DNA of 64,000 nucleotides, from positions 67,084,001 through 67,148,000 of the forward strand of contig NW_027361671.1 in the NCBI RefSeq assembly GCF_039654945.1. Reading direction: 5' to 3'. Below the pieces are notes generated by a model. That model saw only the letters and a list, made by a program, of their open reading frames with translations. It ran no database searches and was not told the DNA's origin. This stretch comes from Dendrobates tinctorius (Eukaryota). The position numbers and the translations under genes are program-made. This document shows positions 29,576 to 41,314 of this stretch, piece after piece (the first letter of the stretch is position 1; every line of letters starts with the position of its first letter).

Positions 29576-30359
29576 TTAGTGATCCATTAGTGATTGTTCT
29601 GTCCCCATCATTCTTTCTCAGATGGTGGAAAGAGGCCGGGAAACAAGTGTTGAACGACTTCTTCAATTTTGTCCATCTCACTCATTTAGAGTGAGTAACA
29701 TAAAAAAAATCTAATTTATGTTACCCCAATTATGAGCAATGAAATATTGTCAGACACTGATGAATTGGAGATTTTCCTTGTCTTTTCTTTTCTCACTGTG
29801 AATCCCCATACAGTAAGTTAGGGTATATTCCACATTGCCTTAAAAAAATAAACAACATGTTGATCAAAATGAATGAATAATTTATAGTAATTTTGCATAC
29901 CAATTTGCTGCAAAAGCGGAAAATATTCCTGATAAACGCAAATTGTGCATGTTACATCTTGACATCTCATGCCCCTACCTATGAAATGAAGCTTTGTTCT
30001 GAAAACCAGATGAACTAATAAACATCTTGGAATAAAATATATTTACCAGTAATTTAATCTGCTTAATTGCTCATTTTTGTAAACTATTACATGAATTCTC
30101 ACACAAAAAAGAAACAAACATTTATAAAAGATTCTCCTAGCATCATTGAAACTGTTGAAAAACCCGGACAAATGCAGAATCTCTTTTTCAGATGTGACCC
30201 TAGAAAGCAAAAAATTTTTTACTTTTACTTTTTGAAGCATATAGTGAACTTGCGAGAATCCATTCCTTGTTTCTGTGTCCAATCTAAAAATGTACTGACA
30301 GCATAGAATATTTACCTGTGAATCTCAAATTATACAGAATATTGTTAATTTATATTATT

Positions 30360-31116
30360 TATAGCAACAAGCATAGATGGAATGAAGGACTTATTACAGA
30401 GTGTCAAGATGGAAAGCTTGAGCATGGGTCTCCTACTCAATACAAGGAAGACAAAGATATAGACCACTGCCAGTTACGACAGGTACACATTTGAGATGGA
30501 CAGCAGCAAACTAGAAGTTGTAAAGGATTTCAACCTACTCGGATCAATGACAACTCAACATGCGAACAGTGGAAGTCAATAGGAGAATAGCTATAGGCAA
30601 ATCAACAATGAAGTCATTGGACAAGGTCTTCAAATCGAGGAACATTTCACTGGCGACGAGGACATAGCTCGTACATAGTTTGGTCTTTCTGTAGTAACAT
30701 ATGGATGCAAAACCTGGACGATAAAGACACAAGACAGAAGAATCAACACCTTTGAAATGTGGTGTTAGAGAAGGATGTTATCAATACCATGGATGGCAAG
30801 AAAGAAAACAAATCAGTTTTGGAACTAATCAAGCCAGACTTGTCACTCGAAATAAGGATCACCAAGCTACAACTTGCCTACATTGGACACATACAAAGAG
30901 AGCAATCACTGGAGAAAGACTTCATGGTCAGAAGAAAAGAAGGAACAAGGTGTAGAGAAAGACCAGCAACCTGATGGATTGATACTATCAAGATAACGGT
31001 GGAGAAGACATTGGTGGACCTATCTAGGTTTGCACAGGATTGATCTTCCTACCAAGCGTTCATCCATAAATTTGCCAAGGCTCAAGCTGGAGCTGAAGGA
31101 CGTTAATAATAATAAT
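30360..31116 (+). mobile_element. 5'-truncated, degraded RTE-clade LINE
   Basis: Translates in pieces to GLLLNTRKTK, TYGCKTWT, FEMWC*RRMLSIPW; (TAA)n tail at ~31104-31115. Confidence 0.8.
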
Positions 31117-31828
31117 TGGAGGAAAATTGGTATAGATGCCACATTGCAAGCTTAAACCTACAGGTCGTCATCTTTGTTACGGTCATTCCATAGAATAAAG
31201 GCGTAGAAAAGATAATCTGTGGGGAAAAACAAAAATGTGCCTCAAAAGATTGAGAAGAGTTGGAGAGAATTTGAACTCCACATTCTGAATATGTGAGTAA
31301 AAGTGCATTAGTAAAACAGCTAACATATGGTAAGCTCAGAAGGATAAAATGTGAAGGATATATTACATCATTAGAAAGGAAAAAAAACTTAACTCATATT
31401 TCCGGGCCCAAAGCATTCTCCAGCTTAAAACAGCACAGTCTAGATAATGCCTGCTTTACCCAATCACCTACAGTTCTTTTTTCATAGATGAGCTACTTAG
31501 GTAGAAGGCCTTCCATAATAGTAAGCCGTGTTCAACAGTAAGCTTTATGGTGGGCGAGACACATTTCTCAATCAATCATATCAGTTGTCATGTACCAGCT
31601 TCTCAGTACGTGACTTGGGGTTGCGCCTGCAAGTGTTAATGTATCTCCTTTCACTCACTCCAGCATTCAACCTCTGACCTATGCTGCAATGGGAGCATTA
31701 ATCACAGCCAACACAAACCAAGCACCCCGCTTCATACACACTGCCATCACTCACCGAACACATAGGCGATGAGTCCCAGAAGTACTGCTACTACTGTATG
31801 CCAATCACCAGGAGCACACACTCTAAGG

Positions 31829-31930
31829 CAGGGGTCCCCAACCTGTGGCTCGGGAGCCAGGTGTGGCTCACGGGCACTAGATGTGTGGCTCACATCTGTC
31901 AGCTTGGTGCATTGGCCTCTGGTTTAGCAA
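31829..31930 (+). mobile_element. hAT-type MITE end
   Basis: caggggtccccaacctgtggctcgggagcc; a related opposite end lies at ~8035-8100 (aaggttgtggaacactg). Confidence 0.45.
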
Positions 31931-32221
31931 CCAGCTATGAGGGGAAGGTCTGTAGATAGTGGCTTTTATGAGTAGCCCTGCATAGAAGATAAGATATGGA
32001 TATGCATATACATGTGTGTGCATACAAAAGAATGTAGTATGCTGGGGATAAAATGATACTATTAGAGGGGAGCATGAAGCTGGACACAATAGTGTGGAGG
32101 GTATGCTTGATATGAGAACACCAAATGAGGTTAAAGTGGGAATCCTTAGATGTAATTATACTGCCTACATAGGAGGGGGACATATGGTCTTTGTGGGTGA
32201 GCTGTGGCAGTCATAATATTG

Positions 32222-32410
32222 GCAGGGTGGCATGGTAGCTCAGTGGTTAGCACTGCAGCCTTGCATTGCTGGGGTCCTGGGTTCAAATCCCACCAAGGAA
32301 AACATGTGCAAGGAGTTTTGTTCTCCCTGTGTTTGTGTGGATTTCATCCAAGTTCTCTGGTTTCCTCTCACATTCCAAAGACATACTGATAGGCAACTTA
32401 GATTGTGAAC
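32222..32410 (+). mobile_element. V-SINE, 3'-truncated and more diverged
   Basis: tagctcagtgg A box, ggttcaaatcc B box; body matches 20028-20215. Confidence 0.8.
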
Positions 32411-32419
32411 TTGCTTGCT

Positions 32420-35085
32420 GTAAATTGGTCTTCAAACCGGATATACAGGAGAATGTAGATGGACTGAGAAAGAAAAAGAAGCTATCAAGGCTCTTGAAGT
32501 ATTATAATGGGCACAAGTAAAGACAGAATAAGCAGGTATGGAATTGGAGATTTTTAAACCAAAGTCACAGAAGTTTCCCTCCTTACACCTCTTTGCAAAC
32601 ATCGAGATTTTTGCAAAAATGGTCTTGTAACAATTTCGTAAAATTCCCATCAAATCAAAAAATAATAATTTAACACATGACGAGAGAAGATCCCTCATGA
32701 AATTGAAAAAGATTAAAGGAGTGGTTTTCAAACAAGTGGACAAAGGAGGAAATGTGGTGATTTGGCCTGATAACAATTATAATTAATTGGCATTCAGCCA
32801 ATTAAGAAACTGTGAATGCTATAAGCACCTGACTTTTAATCCACTTTCCTCTTTTCAAGCACAGTTAAAAAGTAGCTTAGATGAAAACTTCCATGACGGG
32901 ATCATCTCAAAGGAACAAAGAGACTTTTTGACCTTTGACTATCCTTGAACTTCATGTTTTTACATGTTGCCTAAGGTTGCCTAAATAGAAGCTCACCACT
33001 GGGGTGTCCCATAATATCAGGGAATGGGAATCTATATGAGTCCATCTGTAAATTTTGGAACTTCTTACTAAACTTTATAGTAAAGACGATAAAAGACAGG
33101 GATGTATTAAATAAGGTGAACAGTATACACATGGAGGAGGACATGTGGTTTGTCACATTGGATGTCAAATCCCTATACAAGTCAATTAAACACCAAGAGG
33201 GGTTTGAGGCAACCAGGACTTTTCTATCCATGTCCAAATTTCATCAGAATTTTGACATTTTCTTATGACAGTCCGTGAATTTGCTCTTACACATTTTTTT
33301 TTTAAGGAAACAATATACCTAAAGCTCCAGGGAACAGCTAAGGGAGAAGCTTTTGCACCCCCATATGCAAATTGTTTCCTGGAGCTATGGGAAAGGGAAA
33401 TTTTCTTTCTGAACCCAGATAGGCAGATTGAGAAGGCCTTGCTTTGGTCAAGATATATCGATAATATCTTCATGATCTGGCAGGGAAACAACCAAGATCT
33501 CAGAAGATTCATTAAACAACAATTATCTGAACATAAAATTGTCATACAGATATAGCCAACAGTCTATAGAGGTTTTGGCTCTTAGGCTGTACAGGGGTGA
33601 AACGGGTCTTGTGTAAACTAAAACGTTGCACATGTTCACAGCTGTAAATTCACTCTTGTTTGCTACCTCAGTCCATTGCATACTGACAAAAGAAAATATA
33701 CCTTATACTCAGAATGAGGAGGAACTGCTCCAATGATGTGTTTGTTTTCCTCAACATGCTTAAGCACTTTCGTTGAGTTTCCAAAAAGGGGATACAATAG
33801 GAAGGTCATCCAAAAAGGGCTTTGTAGAATGAAAAATATGAAAAGAGTAGACCTTTTGGTCCCAAGCAGGAAAAAAGAATGACAATCAGGTAAGTGCTTG
33901 TGTTTGCATATATCTTGGTCCTTACAGAGTACATTGATGTAGCCCCACCACCTTTTTCGTATGTTATGCAGTCATTGCAGCTTGCACCTGTTCACACTAT
34001 ATGGAGGTGCTGGTCAGGTTTTGTTTTTTTTTGCAGTTTACCATTGGAGGATGTGACTGCCTTCTTTCTAACTCTGCACTCCTCCAATAAGTCTAAAGGT
34101 GCTTTTAATTAGTGGTTCTTACCTGCCTATTTAAAATTGTAGGTTTATTACCTGAAAGAGGCATGTTTGCCCATTTAAATTGTAGGCTGCCCAAGAGAAG
34201 CATGTTTAGGACCATAGGACACATCATCACCTTGCCGTGATTGATGGGCATACATGAATTGGCCAATTTATGTGCTAAGAAACGTCAGTTTTGTCAGTCC
34301 TTTTTTTTGTAAGTACATTTTATTCAGCAACAATGTAGTTCATATCTCAAGTTTGCATATATCTTGGTTTTTACAGAGTGCTGCTGTGTCCCTCCCCCTT
34401 TTTTTGTTTAATCAGGTAAGAATTATTTAATTATATAATGACCATTGCCGTGAAATTAGAAACACAATAGACAAATATTGGTCCATTTTAAACAATGACC
34501 CTGTATGGGGAAATTATGTCCCTGTAATCAATCACTTACTGTAGAGCCGAAAACTTGAAGAGCATGCTATTACGTAGCTAGTTCAGGGGAACTACAATAC
34601 AGAATGCGTTTAGCACAAAGGGCCCTAAATGGGGTTTATTCCCATGTGGCCAATGTCTAGCATGCTCCAATATGGAGGGATCATTTTCATTTGAATCAAG
34701 TGATGGGGAAAAATTACACAACATGTCACTTGCAATCCAGAAGAGGTAATTTATTATGCTGTTAGTCCTATATACATGAGTTTATAGGGGCAAACAAAAA
34801 GGAAATTAAGGTAAGGATAGGAGAGCATGTTCTGGGCATTTCTAAGGCTGTTGAGATTCAGGAACCTTCACAACAAAAACTCATTCCCAGATACTTTAAG
34901 GTAGCACATGGTTATAACATGAAATTTCATAATGTAAAAGAGGGATAGATAGGGTTCATCTAAATATTAGAGATGGAGACCTAAATAAAAAGCTTGTTCA
35001 ACTTGAATCACGCTGGATTTGGAAATTTGACACAGCATGTCCAAAAGGCCTAAATGAAGTTTTGATTTTTGCACCTTTCTTATGA
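32420..35085 (+). pseudogene. Degraded Penelope-like element ORF (RT + GIY-YIG endonuclease)
   Basis: Pieces: KQVDKGGNVVIW, PIISG, VTLDVKSLY, QGTAKGEAFAPPYAN, WSRYIDNIFMIWQG, CGQCLAC, GQTKR..RIGEH, ESRWIWKFDTACPKGLNE. Confidence 0.85.
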
Positions 35086-36101
35086 TTTGGATTTATCTTT
35101 TCTTTAATTATTTTTTAATTACGTTTTTATTTTATATGTTGTGACGAAACTGCATTTATTCTTAATTATGTTAGAGGTCTCAGAAATCTCATACAGGGAC
35201 ATGACTAATTGTTCATATGAGTCTGAACATTGACTTTTATTGTAGGTGGAATTGATGTTTGTTGTTTTGTTGAATGGTTGCTGATTACCCATTGTATCAG
35301 TCCTTGCAGCTTATTGTTCTGCTATCCTTGAGGGAAAAAGGCACAGGTTAATTGAACAATCGATGGTTGTTAATATGTTGATTACCCATTGTATCGGTAT
35401 TGTATCAGTCCATGCAGCTTGTTTTTCTGCAAATATTACAGAACAAAATATGCAGGTTGATTGAACACTAGAACAATGAGAGATGACCCCCTCCCACCTT
35501 CCCCCAATCCTGTTTAAAAATGCCTGAATGAGAGCTATGAACTATAAAAAAGGATTTGTCTCTGCTTCCAGACAGACTCTACAGAACAGGAACCAGGGAA
35601 CCATGGCACGAAATAGAGGAATAAATATCTGCTCCACTGAACATTACTGAACCCTCAAAGACATTTGGAGAACTCAGGTTGGGACAATCAAGTCACCTCA
35701 CTACATACATCAATGTACCCTGTAAGCTTCCTAAGCTTGCTGCTACCTCCTCTCTGCAAGCGCCTGCCAAAAGTGGGGTGCCACTGGTTGGGGTAGTTGG
35801 TCCTGGATGCCCCAAAGCCGCAGGTATTCTAATTCCCAGCGAGCAAGCATAAGTGTGAGACTTTGTTATTTTGCAACATTTTATGTGCTTGCTGGGACTG
35901 TACTATAAAGTTATTGACTGTAGTTGATCTAAAATATTATTACTGTAGTATGCTACCCTCATCCTGTGTTGTCTGAGTAGTATTCTGACCACAGAAAAGT
36001 GGTACAAACATTCAGTGGGGTGAGCGCTGGTCCATGCTGTCTTTCTATAGACAGCCCAGCCAGCAGACAAAAGTACCCACTGAACCTCATGTCTCCACAC
36101 T

Positions 36102-36119
36102 TGGTGGCAGCAGTGGGAT
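36102..36119 (+). other. tRNA primer-binding-site-like sequence (probably tRNA-Leu) after a putative LTR end
   Basis: ...ccaca ct TGGTGGCAGCAGTGGGAT; no recognisable gag follows. Confidence 0.45.
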
Positions 36120-37304
36120 ACTACTCAGCCTGGTGGATAGGGGGGGATCCCCAGTGGACTGGTGTTCGTAGGCACCGTCCAAGGGCTCCACAACGAGGGA
36201 GGCAGATAAACAGTCCTGGAAGACAGTAGTTGAGGCATACAATGCAGATTTTCAGACAGCACCATGTCCATCCCCACCAGCTTGGCCTTAGGAGGAGGAC
36301 TGGAGGGGATAGACAGCCATAATAACAAATGGGGGCTCCTTCGTGGGTATTCTCCTGCAAGGGATGGTCTCAACTTTTCTTCCAGGAATGGGAGACTAGG
36401 GGAAGATTGAAGCATATTCGCAACACTGCACAGATATCTCCTGACTTATGTTACCTAGGTTCTGAAAATGATGTGCCAGTGGGGTCTGGGAATGTGGGAG
36501 ATGAGGCGGGTCTTGCTTTCACATTTTCAGAGACCAGTGGTCCTCAAGGACTGCCAAGTTGGGATCTAGAGGTTGGGTTGAATTTGTTAAATTCTAACAG
36601 GATTCCCAAGAAGTACTGGGTCCTGATCCTAGCTCAGAGAATTGCTGAACTTTGTGGCCAGAGCTGGATCAGGGATGGTGGGATAGTTAGTGTAGGTGTG
36701 TGTTTATATAGTAAAAATATAAAAAATAAATAAATATAAAACAAAAAATAGAAAAAAAAACAAAATAAAAAATAAATAAATAAATAACAAAAAAAGTGGT
36801 AATTTTGTTTATTGTGTTGTATTTAGGTTTGTTGTAGTGTGAATATGGTGGTTTAAGGAGGTGGCTGTAAGGTAAGGCAGTGGGACCAGTAGGTATTTGT
36901 TGTGTTTTGGTGTCTTGCATAATATTCGGTTTAGTGTGTTTATATTGTATATATTGTATATAATATTGTATAAAGGATGGTGTGAATGTAGTTTGGGGTT
37001 GTATATAATAGTATGAATGAAGCTGGACCGGGGGTTTTACATGATTTTATACTATTTATTATTTATTATTTTACGGGAGTATACATGTAGTTATGGTTGT
37101 TTTGTTTCTTCCCTTTTAATTGTGTTTTCTTTACTTTAATTTTTCTTTTTTTTCCCTGAGTAGTAGGTCGAGAAAGTTCAATAATAATGCTTCCTTTTCT
37201 GGTTTATTTCTTTGTGATTTGTGTCTGATTTTAAATAATAATGAACTTGGCACTCAAAGTAGTGAAAAAGAGAGTTCCATTTATTGGCATCCAAATAAAA
37301 TTTA

Positions 37305-37346
37305 CTCTAAACGTTTTCGGTCCAACACCAGACCTTCATCAGAGAG
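37305..37346 (-). ncRNA. Minimal type I hammerhead ribozyme motif (Penelope-associated type)
   Basis: Minus strand: CUCU-CUGAUGA-A-GGUCU(GGUGUU)GGACC-GAAA-ACGU-UU-AGAG; stems I and II pair; stem III is palindromic. Confidence 0.72.
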
Positions 37347-37599
37347 TTCTTAAGAATATTGTTAGAACATATATAGAGAAAACAGAAATAAATATGATAT
37401 GATGCACTATAAACAGAAAAAAAGAAAAAATAATAAGGAATCATAATCTGTCAAGTCAGCATATTTGAAAGTGTGGACACGGAAAACTGATCCAGGAGGA
37501 TGTGCTTTTTTATCTTTACTGTGAAAAATACATATGTATAACTCGGTATTAAGGAAAACAATTATTATTATTTGGTGAAAGCAATTTGTGAAACAATGG

Positions 37600-37815
37600 T
37601 GCTCATGAAAAACAATATTTCAAAAGTAGAAAAGGATATAAGTGCTAGAAAATCTCAACATAAATCGAATATCAGATGTAAAAGAACGCATCTTCCTCTA
37701 CCATATCATTTTCATGACAAGGGTCACAATATTTCTCAGCTGAAATTTCAAGTTCTGGAACAAATTGAACCAAACAGAAGAGGTCAAAATAGAACTAAAC
37801 AGGCTGGATACCCTA
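37600..37815 (+). pseudogene. Penelope-like GIY-YIG C-terminal fragment
   Basis: SQHKSNIR...LPYHFHDKGHNISQLKFQVLEQI. Confidence 0.65.
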
Positions 37816-38763
37816 CTTGTGCACCAATTGCGGACTTATCTATTTTTGAGTGCCTTGTTGTTTCTATTACTTGTATCTGATTTTGTCGTCTTGTTGTCTG
37901 ATCGAAGCTTTGTTCTTATGTTTTGTTCTGTTGTGTTTTATCCTGTAATGTATCGTAGTTGTGTCATGTCTCATTTATCTATATATAATAAAAAAGACAC
38001 ACAGGAGCTGTGCCAGCTTCAACAGACCATCACCCCAGATATTGCACCAAGGTCCGGACTTTGTTTTGCCAGGGGGTTTATTCTGTAGAACTTGGCAGTC
38101 AACTCCGATGACAGTGCAACAACTGGCTCGATGGTCGATCTGCCTACTCAGTTGATGCCACCTGAGACGGGATCATGCTCGAGCAACTTATGGAGAAAAT
38201 GGCCCCAGAAATACAAGATTGACTAGCCGACCAGAAGCCCGACACTCCAGAGTATGCAGTCTGATTGGCTATAAACTCATTGGCCTATCGACCCACAGAT
38301 CCCAGGAGACCCCTCGATCCAAGATTCAAGCATTTACCAGCCATTCAATCAGGAATATCCTACTACCCAGCAGAAATGCCACCAGGACAAAGGTTTACAA
38401 ACAGGCCAAAGATTGTTTACAGGACCTGGTCCCCATGCCTGGAGCCTGTCTTCTGGCCCAGCCGGTTAACTTCTGCCAATAAGAGCCATCAGGGTCTGAG
38501 GGACGCTACCTCTGGGACACACCAGCAGTGGCTGAAGTGATATATCCTGTTCACACTATATGGCAGATTGACCACCCTACACCAGCCAGCCTCCATCGTC
38601 AAAGCCAGACGGTCAAGATCAGTGATATCCAGACCAAGGGACCTCGGAACACTAGGTCTTCATCATTCTGATAAGCCCAGATATTGTCCTCCATAACACC
38701 ATTTACCAGGCCACCAAATGACCATCTCCCAGGCTGGGGGATCAGCACTTGATGAATTGATGT

Positions 38764-39115
38764 ACCGTATTTTTCAGATTATAAGGTGCACTTTTATTCC
38801 CCAAAACTTTGGGGGGAAATGGGGTGCACCTTATAATGTGGATATACCTTATTGGAAGCTGTGAAGCAGGGTCCCAGAGCCGCTACTGGAGGAGGCAAGA
38901 GTGGAGCACTGCTGCAGGCTACAGGCTGGGAAGAGGGGGTGTTCCGATTTGCGCCACTGCTGGTGTTCGGTGGTGCGGGGGAGCTCTGCTGACAATTTGT
39001 GAAAGCCCAGAGCCCCCGCACTTACATGGTTTACTGGACTCTGGGAAAATGGCTGCTGGGACATGGGCAAATGGAGATCTCAGCACCAAGATCTCGGAAG
39101 AAGAGATCTCAGAGC
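38764..39115 (+). mobile_element. Tc1/mariner-superfamily (Tc2/pogo-like) MITE left part
   Basis: TA followed by the terminus ccgtatttttcagattataaggtgcac. Confidence 0.5.
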
Positions 39116-39119
39116 TGAG

Positions 39120-39834
39120 GGGTCAACAAGGCCTATGATGAAAGGAACACCATTCCTACTGTAAAGCACGGAGGTGACTCGCTGATGTTTTGAGGATGTG
39201 TGAGCTATAAAGGCACAGGAAACTTGGTCAAAGTTGAAGGAAAGATGAATGCAGGACATTATCAACGAATACTGGAGGCAAATTTACAATCATCAGCCCA
39301 GAAGCTGCGCATGGGATGTACTTGGACGTTCCAATATGACAACGATCCAAAACACAAGGCCAAGTCGACCTGTCATTGGCTACAGCAGAACAAAGTGAAG
39401 GTTCTAGAGTGGCCATCTCAGTTTCTTGATCACAGTATCATTGAGGCACTCTGGGGAGATCTCAAGCACACAGTTCATGCTAGACACCCCAGGAATTTAC
39501 AGCAACTGGAGGCTTTTTACCAAGAGTGGGTAGCTTTACCATCTGAGAAAATAAAGAACCTCATCCATAACTACCACAAAAGACTTCAAGCTGTCTTTGA
39601 TGATAGAGAGGACAATACAGGGTATTAAGAAATGGGGTATGTGAACTTTTGATCAGGGTCATTTGGATGTTTTGGATTGTCATTATGATTTAAAAAGAGA
39701 AAACATGGTAGTTTGACAATAAATGGCTTAACCATGAGTGGAGAAAAAGTTTTAGTGTTATCATTCATATTCTCTGAAATAAGGCCAAGAAAGCAAAAAT
39801 TCTGCTGGGGTATGAAAACTTTTGAGCACAACTG
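39120..39834 (+). mobile_element. Tc1 transposon 3' half (transposase C-terminus + right TIR)
   Basis: TVKHGG, FQYDNDPKH, LEWPSQ..D...IEALW; ends ttttgagcacaactg|TA. Confidence 0.9.
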
Positions 39835-40619
39835 TATGCTCATTAAATTGAGAGTATTTATAAATACCCCCTTTTTTGCACTTTGCTCTAATTTTGCTGT
39901 TGTTTGTTTCTCGAGTGGATTATCAAGTGATGACATTATATATACAGATCCCATGACAATTGGATAACATTCTAAACAGAGCCCTTTATTTGGAATATAT
40001 AGAACTATATATATGTTGCTATATATGTATTTTATGCACTTAGTCAATTTATTATTTGTCTATGGATTAATAATAATCCTGCCATTATTTACATATTGAG
40101 AATTCCTTGTCACTACATGTATGTGTTTGCTGCACTAGGCACTTTATGATGATGTTCTTCGAGAATTAATCCTGCTACTACTTAGGTGATGTTTACACTA
40201 GATTGACTATTGCACAATGCAAGGGAAATACACGTATAAGCATTTTGTTCCTACGTAAAGCATTATTTAATTGTCATATAGTCAATGTCAGGCTGAACAA
40301 CATTGGGCCCACCAGAGGACTTGATTCTGAGTGCCGTCCTTTCATCTATATGAAACCAATTCATTATCATTAAAGGTTATTTTCAGACCAGGGCTAATTT
40401 CTGTCAGTCACCATCTTTTATGGTATAGCCATAAGACTCATAATGTTAGGATTTGGCCCTGCTTGCTGATTTAATTGGTTATCACGTAATAGCTGAGATA
40501 CTGTTTAATTTCAAATAGTGGCGCTGGGTTCTCAAGGGTCCCATAGTTGCTGCAAAGTCTGCCACTATGGATGCCCCTTAAGGAGAAGCCAGGGTCCACA
40601 GTGGATTCTCCAGTTCTCT

Positions 40620-41185
40620 TGTAACAATTATATGAGTACTACGGAATCTGATTGCATCGGATAATATGACACTGAGACCAAAGTTGATGCAAATACGTAT
40701 ATTTAACAAGTGTAACAAAACTATCAGGGCACTTCCTGCAATTGAAACGAAAACACAGCACAATATGGAATAATGCAAGTAAAGCTAAATTAACAGAGCA
40801 CTTCCTACAATTGTAACGAAAACACAGCTCAATATAGAAATGTCCAGACTAATTGAAGAGCGTAGGAGTCCAGCAGAAAGTATGTGAGTAAGCACACCGC
40901 ATTTAATGAGGCAGTCCAGAGATATTAAGAATGAGCACGCACTAAAGTGTTGAAGTCCAGCAATCATAAAAGTGGGAATGCGCTCGGCACTTAAACATTG
41001 AAGTCCAGTTTTAAACAGGAGTGTGTTATGAACAAGCACCGAGGAGGATAGCAGGCCCAAGCTAAGCCACAGAAAACCAAAGAGGTTGGTAACTAAGTGG
41101 ATGCAGACCCCTGATCCTGTCCACACAACTAGCAGTAGCCGTGGAGTGTGCCTACGATGATCCTAGACGCCTCGGCACAGCCAGA
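40620..41185 (-). mobile_element. Truncated LTR, same family as 58196-59038, opposite orientation
   Basis: 40620-41010 is the diverged reverse complement of ~58575-59038; terminus TGTAAC. Confidence 0.75.
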
Positions 41186-41314
41186 TGAGAGACGGTAATT
41201 ATCAAATCCCCCATTCCTCCAAACTAGGGCTATTGAATATCAAGATATTCATTGGCCCTTTGTTTCTCTTTATTCAACAGCCGCCCAATAGATGCAGCAG
41301 CAGCAGCAGCAGCA

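Noticed and set aside
37990-38760. Short ORFs in a GC-balanced stretch
   Set aside because: No recognisable domain or consistent splice structure; probably an unclassified repeat.
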